NCBI GenBank assembly: GCA_965248435.1
Contig: OZ252100.1
Location: 4,224,001 to 4,288,000 of the forward strand
Length of the DNA stretch: 64,000 nt
Source: Candidatus Latescibacterota bacterium
GTDB lineage: Bacteria; Latescibacterota; UBA2968; GCA-2709665
Direction: 5' to 3'
The position numbers and the translations under genes were made by a program. This document shows, piece by piece, positions 39,591-51,009 of the stretch (positions are counted from its first letter, which is position 1; each line of letters opens with the position of its first letter). The notes beneath the pieces are model-generated. The model was not told the DNA's origin and did not search any database. It saw only the letters and a list, made by a program, of their open reading frames with translations.

Positions 39591-39651
39591 TTCAAGATAC
39601 AAGGGGCGGGCCCCTGTGCCCGCCCGGAGAATCAAATGAGAATATCGAATG

Positions 39652-40706
39652 CCCGAGTTCAATAAGGAAGTGCAACACTTAGGGTAGCAACTGTCCTATC
39701 CTAAGTGTATGGGAAACAATTACAAGCATCTTACGATAGACGAACGCGAGCAGATTGCGCTTTGTCGAGCCACTGGTGCAAGCCTTAGAGATATTGCCAA
39801 GGCCCTTGACCGGAGCGCCAGCACGATTTCAAGAGAGTTGAAACGTAATCCGTCCCCGATAGCTGAGAGTTACTCGGGCCTCCAGGCTCACAGAAGGGCT
39901 GAGAAACGTAAGCGGGAGGCCGGCAAGCGGAAACGGCTGAAGAATCCGGTTATCCGGCGATATGTCGAGACCAAACTCAAGCAAGGATGGTCTCCCGAGT
40001 TGATCGCTGGGAGGCTTCCCGAGGAGCGTCCGAGCGCGGGTATCAGCCACGAAGCCATCTACCAGTATATCTACGATCCAAAGGTGCACAAGCAGCGGGA
40101 TCTGGTTGCTTGCTTATCCCGAGCTCACAAAAAACGAAAGCCGCGGTGGCATACCCGAAAACACCGGGAAAGCCACATTCCAGGCCGTATTTCGATCGAT
40201 CGACGTCCCCGTTACATCGAAAAACGGAAACAACCTGGCCACTGGGAATCCGACACCATCATCTCTCGTGAGAGCAAACAGGCCGTTGGCGCTTGTCTTG
40301 AGCGATCGTCGAGATACCTACACCTGGCTAAGCTGGCAAAGAACGGACCCTCGGAGGTCGCCGAAGCGATTAATCGACGCCTTGGGCGACATCCTCCCCA
40401 CATGAGGAAGAGCATCACATATGACAACGGATCCGAAAACGGCCAACATCAACGGGTCAACGAGGTGCTTGGCACCAAATCCTATTTCTGCAAACCGTTC
40501 CACAGCTGGGAGCGAGGCGCTGTGGAAAACGCTATCGGTCTGGTCCGCAGATACCTCCCCAAGAAGACAGACTTCTCAAAGGTCAGCAAACACGAGTTAA
40601 AGAAAATTCAGAACCGGATCAACAACCGACCAAGAAAATGTCTTAACTTCAAAACACCAGCTGAAGTCTTCAAGTCCAAGTGTTGCACTTAGTCATTGAA
40701 TCCAGC
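39652..40706 (+). mobile_element. IS30-family insertion sequence
   Basis: Imperfect ~29-bp inverted repeats sharing TTCAAT...AAGTGCAACACTT; ATG direct repeat at 39649-51 and 40707-09. Confidence 0.88.
39709..40692 (+). CDS. IS30-family transposase
   Basis: STISRELKRN, WSPELI, GHWESD, TYDNGSE, WERGAVEN, RPRKCL. Confidence 0.95.
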   Translation: MGNNYKHLTIDEREQIALCRATGASLRDIAKALDRSASTISRELKRNPSPIAESYSGLQAHRRAEKRKREAGKRKRLKNPVIRRYVETKLKQGWSPELIAGRLPEERPSAGISHEAIYQYIYDPKVHKQRDLVACLSRAHKKRKPRWHTRKHRESHIPGRISIDRRPRYIEKRKQPGHWESDTIISRESKQAVGACLERSSRYLHLAKLAKNGPSEVAEAINRRLGRHPPHMRKSITYDNGSENGQHQRVNEVLGTKSYFCKPFHSWERGAVENAIGLVRRYLPKKTDFSKVSKHELKKIQNRINNRPRKCLNFKTPAEVFKSKCCT

Positions 40707-40802
40707 ATGTCGAATAATGAACGCCGAACGTCGAAGGGAACGTGCGCGACCACGCGCGCCAGGATTTCTACAAGGCGCGATTCATCAACACGTTTCGTCG
40801 TC

Positions 40803-40828
40803 GTAGGGGCAGACCCCCGTGCCTGCCC
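40803..40828 (+). repeat. GTAG-type REP-like palindrome
   Basis: GTAGGGGCAGACCCCCGTGCCTGCCC, similar to the reconstructed IS110 target. Confidence 0.7.
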
Positions 40829-40831
40829 GGG

Positions 40832-41695
40832 TCAACCCCCCTCATCTCCTCCACAGATCAATTCTTCCAGTCCCTTCTCTAGGGGATAAATCGGAATCCA
40901 TGAGAAAGTTGATCGGATTAAGGAAACATCAACGGTGCAATCCATAATATCATTGGGACGTGGATTGGAATTTACGACCAAAGGCGATTTTCTTCCGGAA
41001 AGCCTCTGCGCGAACTCCGCTACCTCCAAATTGGAGTAACTCCGGCCATATCCCACGTTATAAATCGCTTCCCGGGCCGGAGTGCGTTCAATAATCTTGA
41101 AGATCAATTCACAAAAATCCTTGATATACAGATAGTCTCTTTTGGGGTGAGGATCATCCAATGTGATTGGGTTCCCCTTGTCGATGGCTTCCAATAAATC
41201 AGGAATCAAACGCCCTGGCCTGTTCTGGTTTCCATAGATGTTGAAGCCGCGAAGAATGGTCAATGGAAGTTGGAGGGTCTCCGATAATTGTTGACAGATG
41301 GTTTCCGAAACAACCTTACTGCCCATGTAAGGATTGACACAGGAGACGGGATGTTTTTCGTCAATCGGTAGATATTGGGGGACCCCGTAGACGTAGGAAC
41401 TCATGAACAAGAAAGGGGCCTGCGAACAATGGGCAATTTTGAAGGCGACTAAAGTCGAGTCGAGATTGTTGTGATATGTGGCAAAGGGGTCCCGACAACT
41501 GTTGACGATCGAAGTGCTCGCACCAAAATGCAGAACCCAATCCAGATCCGGGGGGAAACTGGCGGAATCGAATTTATCCGCATGCTCCGAACGTGTGTAG
41601 ACATCCAAACAAATGATCTGGTGTTTTTGTTCGGACAGCGCTTTGGCAACAGAACCGCCGACAAAGCCCTGACGACCAGTAATCCCAATTTTCAT
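40832..41695 (-). CDS. NAD-dependent epimerase/dehydratase
   Basis: TGRQGFVG, YMGSK, RDYLYIKD. Confidence 0.9.
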   Translation of the reverse strand: MKIGITGRQGFVGGSVAKALSEQKHQIICLDVYTRSEHADKFDSASFPPDLDWVLHFGASTSIVNSCRDPFATYHNNLDSTLVAFKIAHCSQAPFLFMSSYVYGVPQYLPIDEKHPVSCVNPYMGSKVVSETICQQLSETLQLPLTILRGFNIYGNQNRPGRLIPDLLEAIDKGNPITLDDPHPKRDYLYIKDFCELIFKIIERTPAREAIYNVGYGRSYSNLEVAEFAQRLSGRKSPLVVNSNPRPNDIMDCTVDVSLIRSTFSWIPIYPLEKGLEELICGGDEGG

Positions 41696-41711
41696 CAGAT
41701 GCTTTCCTCCC

Positions 41712-42683
41712 TCACAATTGATGCAAGGGGGAATCGGGGTTGTAGAAAACCTCTAGGTATTGTCGGAACCAGTCGATGGTTCTTTGCAGCCCTTCTTCAA
41801 ACGAAATCCGAGGAGTCCATCCTAACAGTTGCTCCGCACGTTCGTTGTCAGCGCACATTCTCCAAATCTCGGTGGGACGGTTTTCCAAGACGCCGATCCG
41901 CAATTCGGATTGTGAGCCCGACAATTGATGGATTCTTCGGACTAAATCGCAAATCGCAATCTCACGGTTCTCTCCGATATTGATAGCGACTTCGGGCGCC
42001 GGGTCGGCCAGTGCGGCAGCAAGGATACCATCGATAATGTTGTCCACATAATTGAAACCACGTGTTTGTAACCCTTCCGTGGTTTCAATCGGATCGCCTC
42101 TCAAGCATTTGAAAATCAACTCGGGAATGACGGCTCTATCGCTTTGGTAGGGACCAAACGTATTGAAGGGACGGACACAGACAATCGCTTTTCCCGTCTG
42201 TTTTCGTTTCATGTGGCTGTAGAGTTCTCCGGCATATTTCCCGATAGAGTATGGAGAAATCGGAAAGGGGGTGAAATCCTCCTGAAACGGAACCGATTCC
42301 TGGTAGCCATAGATTTCTGAGGATGACACATAGAGAAACCGTTCGGACTCAGGGGCGTGTTCCAGGAGATTTGCCGTGGCAAGGGCATTGCTCATCAGAG
42401 CTTCATTCACGTGTAAGAAACTATCGCCCACGTGATTGTAGGCGGCTAAATGGAAGATGAGGTCGTACTCTGTTCCCTGAAACTGACGCAACGAATCAAT
42501 GTTGCGAAGATCGGCTTCAATGATAGTGAGATCATCCCAGACGGCGCTCAGGCGCACATTGTCAATGACGCTTTTGTACTTTACCACTACCGAAACGTCA
42601 GCCCCTTCCTTGAGCAATCTTCGGCACAGATGAGAACCGATGAACCCGGCTCCCCCTGTCACCAAGACAGATTTTTTCCTCAC
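41712..42683 (-). CDS. NDP-sugar dehydratase/epimerase
   Basis: TGGAGFIG, SSSE, YSIGK, RPFNTFGP. Confidence 0.92.
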   Translation of the reverse strand: MRKKSVLVTGGAGFIGSHLCRRLLKEGADVSVVVKYKSVIDNVRLSAVWDDLTIIEADLRNIDSLRQFQGTEYDLIFHLAAYNHVGDSFLHVNEALMSNALATANLLEHAPESERFLYVSSSEIYGYQESVPFQEDFTPFPISPYSIGKYAGELYSHMKRKQTGKAIVCVRPFNTFGPYQSDRAVIPELIFKCLRGDPIETTEGLQTRGFNYVDNIIDGILAAALADPAPEVAINIGENREIAICDLVRRIHQLSGSQSELRIGVLENRPTEIWRMCADNERAEQLLGWTPRISFEEGLQRTIDWFRQYLEVFYNPDSPLHQL

Positions 42684-43390
42684 GTATAGTTCTCCCTATT
42701 GGTGTAAAAACGGGCAAGCTGCTCTTCCGCAGACTTGAGTTCGTCTGGCGTGTTGAAGGTGACTTGCAATCCCGAGTGGTAATCGGCGCCTAATTTTCCT
42801 ATCCCCATCAGGATCTCGTAAAACATGATCAACCCTTCACCATCAGGCATCGCAAGAACGCTTCGGGGAACGAGCTCGAGTGCCGATTTGCTGATCACCG
42901 CATAGCCGATGTAGTAGTTCAAAATCGGTTTTTCCTTGAAATAGGTCACTTTTTCATTCTGATCAAATTCGACCAAACCAAAGGGATTACGAATCGGCGC
43001 GACCACAATAGTTGCTTCATTGTCGCTGGTTTTGTGTTTTGCCACCAAACGGGACAATTCGAGGTCGGTGAATGTGTCTCCATAGGTCATCAAAACGTGG
43101 TCATCAAACAGGTTTCTTGCCTGATAGAGGCGCTCCAGAATTCCTGCTTGTTCTCCTACATCTGAAAATTCCACTTGTATCTTTAGTGGGCTTTGAGCAA
43201 TGGTTTCGCGGATCAATTCTCCTTTGTAACCAATGCAAAAAACGAACTGATCGAACCCCTGACGAAAGTAGGCTTCTAATTTCGTTTCGAGAAGGGTCTT
43301 GTTGTTGAGTTTGATCAAGGGTTTCGGGATTTGATCGGTCAACCGACCCAATCGCGCCCCCCGCCCTCCGCACATGATAAGAATCTTCAT
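42680..43390 (-). CDS. Sugar-phosphate nucleotidyltransferase
   Basis: GGRGARLG...PKPL, YGD, FKEKP. Confidence 0.9.
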   Translation of the reverse strand: MKILIMCGGRGARLGRLTDQIPKPLIKLNNKTLLETKLEAYFRQGFDQFVFCIGYKGELIRETIAQSPLKIQVEFSDVGEQAGILERLYQARNLFDDHVLMTYGDTFTDLELSRLVAKHKTSDNEATIVVAPIRNPFGLVEFDQNEKVTYFKEKPILNYYIGYAVISKSALELVPRSVLAMPDGEGLIMFYEILMGIGKLGADYHSGLQVTFNTPDELKSAEEQLARFYTNRENYT

Positions 43391-43396
43391 TGGCTG

Positions 43397-44641
43397 TTAT
43401 TCTTCTCTCAGTCGTTGGGCAGTGGAATGACGGGTTGAGGAACCCGGGCACAATTCATCATACAATTGCTGGTACTGTGCTGCCACATTCTTTAGGTCAT
43501 AGAAATGCCCTTGCTTAGCAGCATTTTCGGCCAATTGCTCCCGGAGGGGGGCATCTTCCATCAAACGAAGGATGTTTGTTGCCATGCCGGCGACATCTCT
43601 GACGGGGGAAATCAACCCGGACTTCTCGTGCTGCACCGCATCCCGGCATCCCGGAGCATCTGTGGTCACAATGGGCAGTCTCGCGGCCATCGCCTCAATC
43701 AACACGAGGGGCATCCCTTCGAGCAGGGAGGGAAAAACCAGGATATCTGCGGCTTTGTACATTTCAATCAACTCGTCGGTAGGACGGACATACCGTTGCT
43801 CTAGAGAGGACGGCTTTTCCTTTTCCATGGGGATTTGCAGGAAGGCATCCACCCCCATTTGTGCCGACATTTTAGCAATCGGTTCAGAGTGTCCGGCAGC
43901 CAGAACCCAAAGAAAGTCTTCTCGCACCCCAGTGAGTACCTGAATGATCTCAGGAATGTAGCGATACCCTTTTACGGGATGATGACGGCCCACAGTTAAA
44001 AGAATAGTTTTGTGAGCAGGCCATCTCCTCTTTGCGCGAACCGCCTCACGGTCCACTGGAAGCGCCTCAATGCGAGAGATATTCACGCCTGCCGGGATCT
44101 CATGCAGCTTTTCCCGGGAAACACCCAATTTCAAAAGCTCTGCCCGCGTTCCCGGGCTGATTGCCACCACACGGTCCAGTTTCGGCAGCCCTTCCAGAAG
44201 GTCTTTTTCCACTTCAGGGTCCAGCCGCTTGCCATAACCAATTTCAGGCAACGTCTGGATATCACCACCATAGCTGCCCAAGAGGCTGGACACCTTCATA
44301 GTGCGCAGAGTGGAAGCAGCGCCCATGCCTATCGGGTGCGCCATGTGGATGTGCCAGATGTCGAAATTGAAGAAGATCTGATAAAGAGCCACTTGAGCAT
44401 TGACAAGCCAACGCAAATCATAGCCAAGGTTGCGAGTCCTTGCAATCAAGAATAGGGCATTTGGAAGCAAGGGCAGCATCCTGTAGGGTCCCCTCTTCTT
44501 CATGTCGTGCCAACAGTTCCACGTCGTAATAACCGTGACTTGATGACCTGCCTCTTCTTGATGAAGTGCCAGGTTGTGAACAAAGATTTCTTTCCCACCA
44601 ATTTGCGGCAGGAACGAAAACGAAAGATGCGCAATCTTCAC
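43397..44641 (-). CDS. Family 4 glycosyltransferase
   Basis: VGRHHPVKG, EGMPLVLIEAMA; start placed at GTG (VKIAHL). Confidence 0.9.
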   Translation of the reverse strand: MKIAHLSFSFLPQIGGKEIFVHNLALHQEEAGHQVTVITTWNCWHDMKKRGPYRMLPLLPNALFLIARTRNLGYDLRWLVNAQVALYQIFFNFDIWHIHMAHPIGMGAASTLRTMKVSSLLGSYGGDIQTLPEIGYGKRLDPEVEKDLLEGLPKLDRVVAISPGTRAELLKLGVSREKLHEIPAGVNISRIEALPVDREAVRAKRRWPAHKTILLTVGRHHPVKGYRYIPEIIQVLTGVREDFLWVLAAGHSEPIAKMSAQMGVDAFLQIPMEKEKPSSLEQRYVRPTDELIEMYKAADILVFPSLLEGMPLVLIEAMAARLPIVTTDAPGCRDAVQHEKSGLISPVRDVAGMATNILRLMEDAPLREQLAENAAKQGHFYDLKNVAAQYQQLYDELCPGSSTRHSTAQRLREE

Positions 44642-45489
44642 TGCAACGACCTTTTTCAAGCAGAACAGCGAACTCGGAGGAATTGGTTCGGGCAAGTTGT
44701 CTGCCAGCATGCCCACAAGGCGAATCCGCCTGGCGGACTCTCCGACTCTTCAATCCCCTTCGGACACCAGTCTGTCGCCCCGAAGTTGGGTTCCCACCCA
44801 CCGGACTTCCTATCTGCGATCACAATAAGGGACCTGCCCGCCTGCCGGCCTTTGATCTAGCCCTTCGCTATGGCGTCCCGAATTGCCTGTGCCGCACAAC
44901 CCATTCGTGAGGCGGCTTCTACTAGGGTCAAAATAGTTACATATGTCGAAAATAGAAAATACCTGCCTCGCTGTCAATTCTCTCCAAATAGAAAGGGCGT
45001 CTAACATTCATAACTCAGGAATCTCTCAACGTAAGGTGATTCAGCTGGTTTGAAAGCGCAGACTCACAAGAACCGGATGGATCGAACTCTTTGTTGCGCT
45101 GATTCATTGCCAGGGCCCGGGATAGATGGTGTGGTTACCGGTGGTAGGGAAAGACCGGGCCGCTTGCTCGTGGTGATGATGTGATGGCTTGTGCTCCATC
45201 ATGGGTTTTTCCAGAAATGCTTGCAAGAAAGAAGGCTATCTGCTTACTCTATGCCACGGTCATTTCTTCTAAAATGGTGTTTGTTTTGTGTTCACCCTAA
45301 AAATAGGGCCGAACTATCATTTGTGGTAGGGAACTGGCGATTCTTGTGAATAGTCCAGGCCAGACACGCTGCCGGCCGACAATCGGCCAGGGACTGCTCA
45401 GCACCCTCTGCTTTTTGCTTTACGATGTTGGGGGAATTGTCTAAATTATGACAAATCCATTAGTTATGTAATTAGAGCGGCGGTCGATA

Positions 45490-46494
45490 ATGAAAAAGGC
45501 CTTGATCACAGGGATTACGGGACAGGACGGCTCCTATCTGGCCGAGCTCCTCCTCGAAAAGGGCTATGAGGTGCACGGCGTGATCCGCCGGTCGAGCTCG
45601 TTCAACACGTCGCGCATCGATCACCTATACCAGGACCCCCACATCAAAGATGTAGAACTCTTCCTGCACTATGGAGACATTTCGGATTCAACGAATCTGA
45701 TTCGTCTGCTTTACAACCTTAAACCTGACGAAGTCTATCACCTTGCAAGCCAGACCCATGTCAGGGTCAGCTTTGACATCCCGGAGTATACGGCAGACGT
45801 GACCGGAGTGAGCACGGTCCGGATTCTGGAAGCGATCCGAGAAGCCGGGATCCCAGCGAGGTTCTATCAGGCGGGCAGCAGTGAGATGTTCGGAAAGGTA
45901 CAGGAAGTGCCCCAGCGAGAGACGACTCGGTTCTATCCACGCAGTCCCTATGCCTGCGCAAAGGTCTACGCGCATTGGATGACGGTGAGTTATCGCGAAG
46001 GTTACAACCTGCACGCGTGCAACGGAATCCTGTTCAACCACGAGTCTCCACGCCGCGGCGAGACGTTCGTGACGCGCAAGATCACTCGCGCCGTGGCCCG
46101 CATCAAAGCCGGACTTCAGGATAAGCTCTACCTGGGGAATCTGGACTCCAAGCGAGATTGGGGATACGCGAAGGAGTATGTCGAGGCGATGTGGCTCATC
46201 CTGCAGCAGGATTCTCCGGATGATTATGTGATCGCAACCGGGGAAACGCATTCCGTGCGGGAGTTTCTGGGAGAGGCGTTTGGCTGCGTCGGTCTGGATT
46301 GGAACGATCACGTGGAAGTCGATCCAAGATATTACCGTCCGGCCGAAGTAGATATGCTGGTTGGTGACCCGAGTAAGGCCAAAAGACTGCTGGGATGGGA
46401 GCCAAGGACGAGATTCAAGGACCTCGTTCAGATGATGGTTACGTCAGACGTGGCGTCCGTCGACGAAAAACGTGGGTTGAAAGTCGAGATATAG
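45490..46494 (+). CDS. gmd: GDP-mannose 4,6-dehydratase
   Basis: [35 protein letters not shown]. Confidence 0.97.
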   Translation: MKKALITGITGQDGSYLAELLLEKGYEVHGVIRRSSSFNTSRIDHLYQDPHIKDVELFLHYGDISDSTNLIRLLYNLKPDEVYHLASQTHVRVSFDIPEYTADVTGVSTVRILEAIREAGIPARFYQAGSSEMFGKVQEVPQRETTRFYPRSPYACAKVYAHWMTVSYREGYNLHACNGILFNHESPRRGETFVTRKITRAVARIKAGLQDKLYLGNLDSKRDWGYAKEYVEAMWLILQQDSPDDYVIATGETHSVREFLGEAFGCVGLDWNDHVEVDPRYYRPAEVDMLVGDPSKAKRLLGWEPRTRFKDLVQMMVTSDVASVDEKRGLKVEI

Positions 46495-47438
<944 letters not shown>

Positions 47439-47439
<1 letters not shown>

Positions 47440-48476
47440 TGGATACAGAAACAGGACAAAATTTATCCGAACCAAGATTGGCTGGCCGCGGCGGCACCGG
47501 GATGACAGACGAGATCGACCTCCTGGACTACATCGAGGTGCTGGTTCGAAGGCGATGGTTGATTGTCTGGATTGTCGTCCTGTGTGCACTGGGCTCTTAT
47601 GGCTATTTTAGATCTCGGCCTCCAACTGGGGGGTTGTTCCGCGCCGAGGCAAACGTTCTGGTCCCGGAAGGACCTGGGACCGATCCGGCTTCCGGAAAGC
47701 TGTACCAGGCCATCCCTGTAAACGTAAATGTGCTCAGGCGCTACTCGATCGGTTACAACATACTTGAACGTACGGTGCCTCGTAAGATGGGCAACGGCGC
47801 AGACTCTGTCAAGGTGTCACATTTTTTCGGGGGGACGAATATCCGCAGAATGTTGAAGGGCCTTGAGGCCATCTCGGACTTGAGTCAAGACGAATCCGGT
47901 GTTATTACCGTACAGGTCACGTTCGCTAATCCACTTTTGGCCACCACACTCGCCGATGCTTATGTAGATGAGCTCATTCTGTACTATTCTGAAAAATGGG
48001 AAGAGCAAGAAAGGATGGATCTGAAGCTGATCGAGTCTCATCTGGAAGCCGTAGAAGCCGAATTGAGAGCGGCTGAAGATTCCTTGCTCGCGTTCAAGCG
48101 AAGGCACCGCGGTGTGCGGGACGCGGAGTCGATCGAGGAATTGGAACTACAGCTTTCCCGCTTCCAGCGTCGAGTCGACATAAGAAGCGCCCACTATGCC
48201 AATATGCTGTCCCGCTTCGAAGAGGCCAGGATCCAGTCGGACCGACGATCTCCCAAGCTGGAAGTCCTGAACTACGCCATTCTGGAAAACGTAACGCCGG
48301 TCTCTCGGAGCATCAGGCAATGGGTGATCATCAGCGCCGGCGTCGGGCTCATCGTTTCTGTGTTCCTTGCTTTCTTCGTTGATTTTCTATGCCGCAATCG
48401 GGCGTCGGGTCGGATGGACCCGATCGTGAATGAGCTGGGAAAGGATGTACAGAGGGTGAGGGGGATATTTAGGTGA
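47439..48476 (+). CDS. Wzz/GumC-like polysaccharide chain-length determinant
   Basis: DEIDLLDY motif, two TM segments flanking a coiled coil. Confidence 0.8.
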
Positions 48477-48519
48477 GGGTCCAGAGGATCGAGAGCGAAA
48501 AGCTGGAGTTCTGGAGTAT

Positions 48520-48750
48520 ATGACTTTCTGGCGTAGAATATGGAACCACTGGCTGAGGATCGCCGGGTTTATCGGAAATTTTCAGGCCCGCCTGGTCCTT
48601 TCTCTCTTCTACTTCATTATCGTATTGCCCTTCGGCGTGGCGGTGCGGCTGTTTGCCGATCTGTTGAGGATCAAAGGAATCGGAAGGACGTCCTGGAGCG
48701 AATTTTTCGAGCGTGCAAGGTCGGTGGAGGAGGCGAAACGGCAGTATTAG
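48520..48750 (+). CDS. SxtJ-like small membrane protein
   Basis: W..IA..IG...LSLFYFIIVLPFG...D.L...RQY. Confidence 0.7.
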   Translation: MTFWRRIWNHWLRIAGFIGNFQARLVLSLFYFIIVLPFGVAVRLFADLLRIKGIGRTSWSEFFERARSVEEAKRQY

Positions 48751-48797
48751 GCAATGGAAAAGGGTCTGTTGATCGGTTGGATTTGTGAAGCATTTTG

Positions 48798-48824
48798 AGG
48801 GCGAGGCATTAGCCTCGCCCTTTT
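48798..48824 (+). terminator. Terminator-like hairpin inside the glycan locus
   Basis: AGGGCGAGGC-ATTA-GCCTCGCCCT followed by TTT. Confidence 0.55.
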
Positions 48825-48847
48825 CCAGATAGGATTAAATGCTGTAA

Positions 48848-50623
48848 ATGAATATCCTGGGGATTTCCTGCTATTACCATGACTCCGCGGCAGCACTGAT
48901 TTTCGACGGAGAGCTGATTGCCGCTGCGGAAGAGGAGCGGTTTTCCCGGAAAAAGCACGATTTCGGGTTTCCCTCGAGTGCCATCCGATATTGCCTTTCA
49001 GAGGCGGGCATCACCGCTCACGAATTGGATTATGTGGTCTTTTACGAAAAGCCATTTGACAAATTCGAGCGGATCCTGATGACCACCCTTCAGACGTATC
49101 CCAAGTCGTGGAAGGTGTTCCGGGAATCGATGATTACCTGGCTTGTGGACAAGCTGTGGGTGAGGCACCACATCGAGCAGGAGGTGGGCGTCCCGAAGGA
49201 CCGCGTGCTGTTCTGTCAACACCATCTGGCTCACGCGGCGAGCGCCTTTCTCGCGTCGCCGTTTGATGAGGCAGCTATTCTCACAGTGGACGGTGTGGGC
49301 GAGTGGGCAACAGCAACCTACGGGATCGGACGGGGCACCGACATCAAACTGTTCAAGGAGATTCGGTTTCCGCATTCCCTTGGTCTGTTATACAGTGCTT
49401 TTACAGCCTTCTTGGGGTTCGAGGTGAACGAAGGCGAATATAAGGTGATGGGAATGGCCCCATACGGCGAGCCCAGATACGTGGACAAGGTGTGGAGGCT
49501 GATCAGGCAGTTCGATGACAGCTCTTTCTGTCTCAACATGGATTATTTCTGTTTTCATCATTCGACCACTCGAACCTACAACCGGAAGTTCGAAGCCCTG
49601 TTCGGGGCACCGAGACTACCCCAGATGTATTTCTTTACGGCATCTACGGGTTACCCGAGCTACTTCGGAGCAAGACCCGGGAATTACGGGGAGCTTTGCC
49701 GATTAAACCAGCACTTCGCGGACATTGCAGCGAGTATTCAGCGGGTGACGGAAGAGGTGCTCCTGAAGATGGTGAGGTATATCCTTCATGAGACGGGACA
49801 AAAGGTGCTGTGCATTGCCGGGGGCGTCGGATTGAACAGCGTTGCAAACGGCCGCATTCTTAGGGAGTCGGGTGTCGAGCGGCTCTACGTGCAGCCTGCG
49901 GCAGGGGATGGAGGAGGGGCACTTGGTGCGGCGCTACACGCATATCACACGCTGCTGGGTAAGCCCCGGAAGTTCACGATGCGACATGCCTACTGGGGAA
50001 AGGCTTATGAAAACGGTGAGATAGAGACCTTCTTGAGGCGTGAGGGAATCGGATATGAGTGTTTATCCGATGAAGGGGCGCTGGTGGACCGGACGGTCAA
50101 TGCGTTGATCGGAGGCAAGGTGATCGGCTGGTATCAGGGCCGGTTTGAGTGGGGACCCCGCGCCCTTGGCAACCGGAGTATTTTGGCCGACCCAAGACGG
50201 GCCGAGATGAAGGATGTGGTGAACACGAAAATCAAATTCAGGGAACCCTACCGCCCCTTCGCCCCTTCAGTGCTCGCGGAGGAGTCGGAAAGCTTCTTCG
50301 ACCTACCGGGCGCGGCCGAACAGGATCCTGCGCGCTTCATGCTCCTGGTGGCCCCTGTGAAGGAGGAAAAACGCGAAGTGATTCCTGCCATCACACACGT
50401 GGACGGATCGGCACGACCGCAGACCGTATTTGAGGATACAAATGGGCTCTACTATGGTTTGATTCGTCAATTTGGTGAAGCGACAGGGGTCCCGGTTGTG
50501 CTTAATACCTCGTTCAATCTGCGTGGCGAGCCGATCGTGGCGACACCCGAAGATGCTTACAGCACCTTCAGGCGGAGTGAGATGGACCTGCTTGTGATGG
50601 GCAACAGTTTCGTGAGAAAGTAG
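48848..50623 (+). CDS. O-carbamoyltransferase (CmcH/NodU family)
   Basis: HDSAAAL, EEERFSR, HHLAHA, GEYKVMG, GPRALGNRS, LNTSFN. Confidence 0.95.
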   Translation: MNILGISCYYHDSAAALIFDGELIAAAEEERFSRKKHDFGFPSSAIRYCLSEAGITAHELDYVVFYEKPFDKFERILMTTLQTYPKSWKVFRESMITWLVDKLWVRHHIEQEVGVPKDRVLFCQHHLAHAASAFLASPFDEAAILTVDGVGEWATATYGIGRGTDIKLFKEIRFPHSLGLLYSAFTAFLGFEVNEGEYKVMGMAPYGEPRYVDKVWRLIRQFDDSSFCLNMDYFCFHHSTTRTYNRKFEALFGAPRLPQMYFFTASTGYPSYFGARPGNYGELCRLNQHFADIAASIQRVTEEVLLKMVRYILHETGQKVLCIAGGVGLNSVANGRILRESGVERLYVQPAAGDGGGALGAALHAYHTLLGKPRKFTMRHAYWGKAYENGEIETFLRREGIGYECLSDEGALVDRTVNALIGGKVIGWYQGRFEWGPRALGNRSILADPRRAEMKDVVNTKIKFREPYRPFAPSVLAEESESFFDLPGAAEQDPARFMLLVAPVKEEKREVIPAITHVDGSARPQTVFEDTNGLYYGLIRQFGEATGVPVVLNTSFNLRGEPIVATPEDAYSTFRRSEMDLLVMGNSFVRK

Positions 50624-50631
50624 GGGATGGG

Positions 50632-50811
50632 ATGGGATATCTGCAAAGAGTGATCGCAAAGCTGGGGATTATGGGCGAGCTTCTGAAATTCTTCTGGGTG
50701 CGGAAGCTGTGGTGGATGATCCCGATGATCCTGGTGCTGATGGTCTTCGGGCTGCTGATCGTGTTTACTCAGGGAACCGCAGTTGCACCGTTCGTATATA
50801 CTTTATTCTAG
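50632..50811 (+). CDS. DUF5989/SxtK-like small membrane protein (59 aa, not in the ORF track)
   Basis: MGYLQRVIAKLGIMGELLKFFWVRKLWWMIPMILVLMVFGLLIVFTQGTAVAPFVYTLF*. Confidence 0.85.
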   Translation: MGYLQRVIAKLGIMGELLKFFWVRKLWWMIPMILVLMVFGLLIVFTQGTAVAPFVYTLF

Positions 50812-50913
50812 AACGACCGCGGACGGCAGACCGCAGACCGCAAAAACTCTACTTTTCGCTCATGTCGATATAGATGATACGGGCGATTTTTTGTTTCCTA
50901 AGGCAACTTTTCC

Positions 50914-50942
50914 TTGACACTGAAAGTTGCAATTGTTACCTT
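50914..50942 (+). promoter_or_regulatory. Sigma70-like promoter
   Basis: TTGACA-17 bp-TACCTT. Confidence 0.5.
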
Positions 50943-51009
50943 CGGAAACAATTTTGTCTCTTTTACCGTGCTACTGTACATCTATTTCATTAGTTTTAAA
51001 AAGGGTTGT

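Noticed and set aside
40106-40405. Overlapping ORF suggesting a two-frame IS30 transposase
   Set aside because: The main ORF already contains all IS30 motifs
44717-45489. ops/JUMPstart element or ncRNA in the long divergent intergenic region
   Set aside because: No GGCGGTAG motif seen; only short palindromes such as TCCGCCTGGCGGA, which is not enough to support a call
48520-50811. Saxitoxin biosynthetic cluster
   Set aside because: Only the widespread sxtI/J/K-like trio is present; no sxtA-, sxtG- or sxtB-like genes, and the context is glycan synthesis
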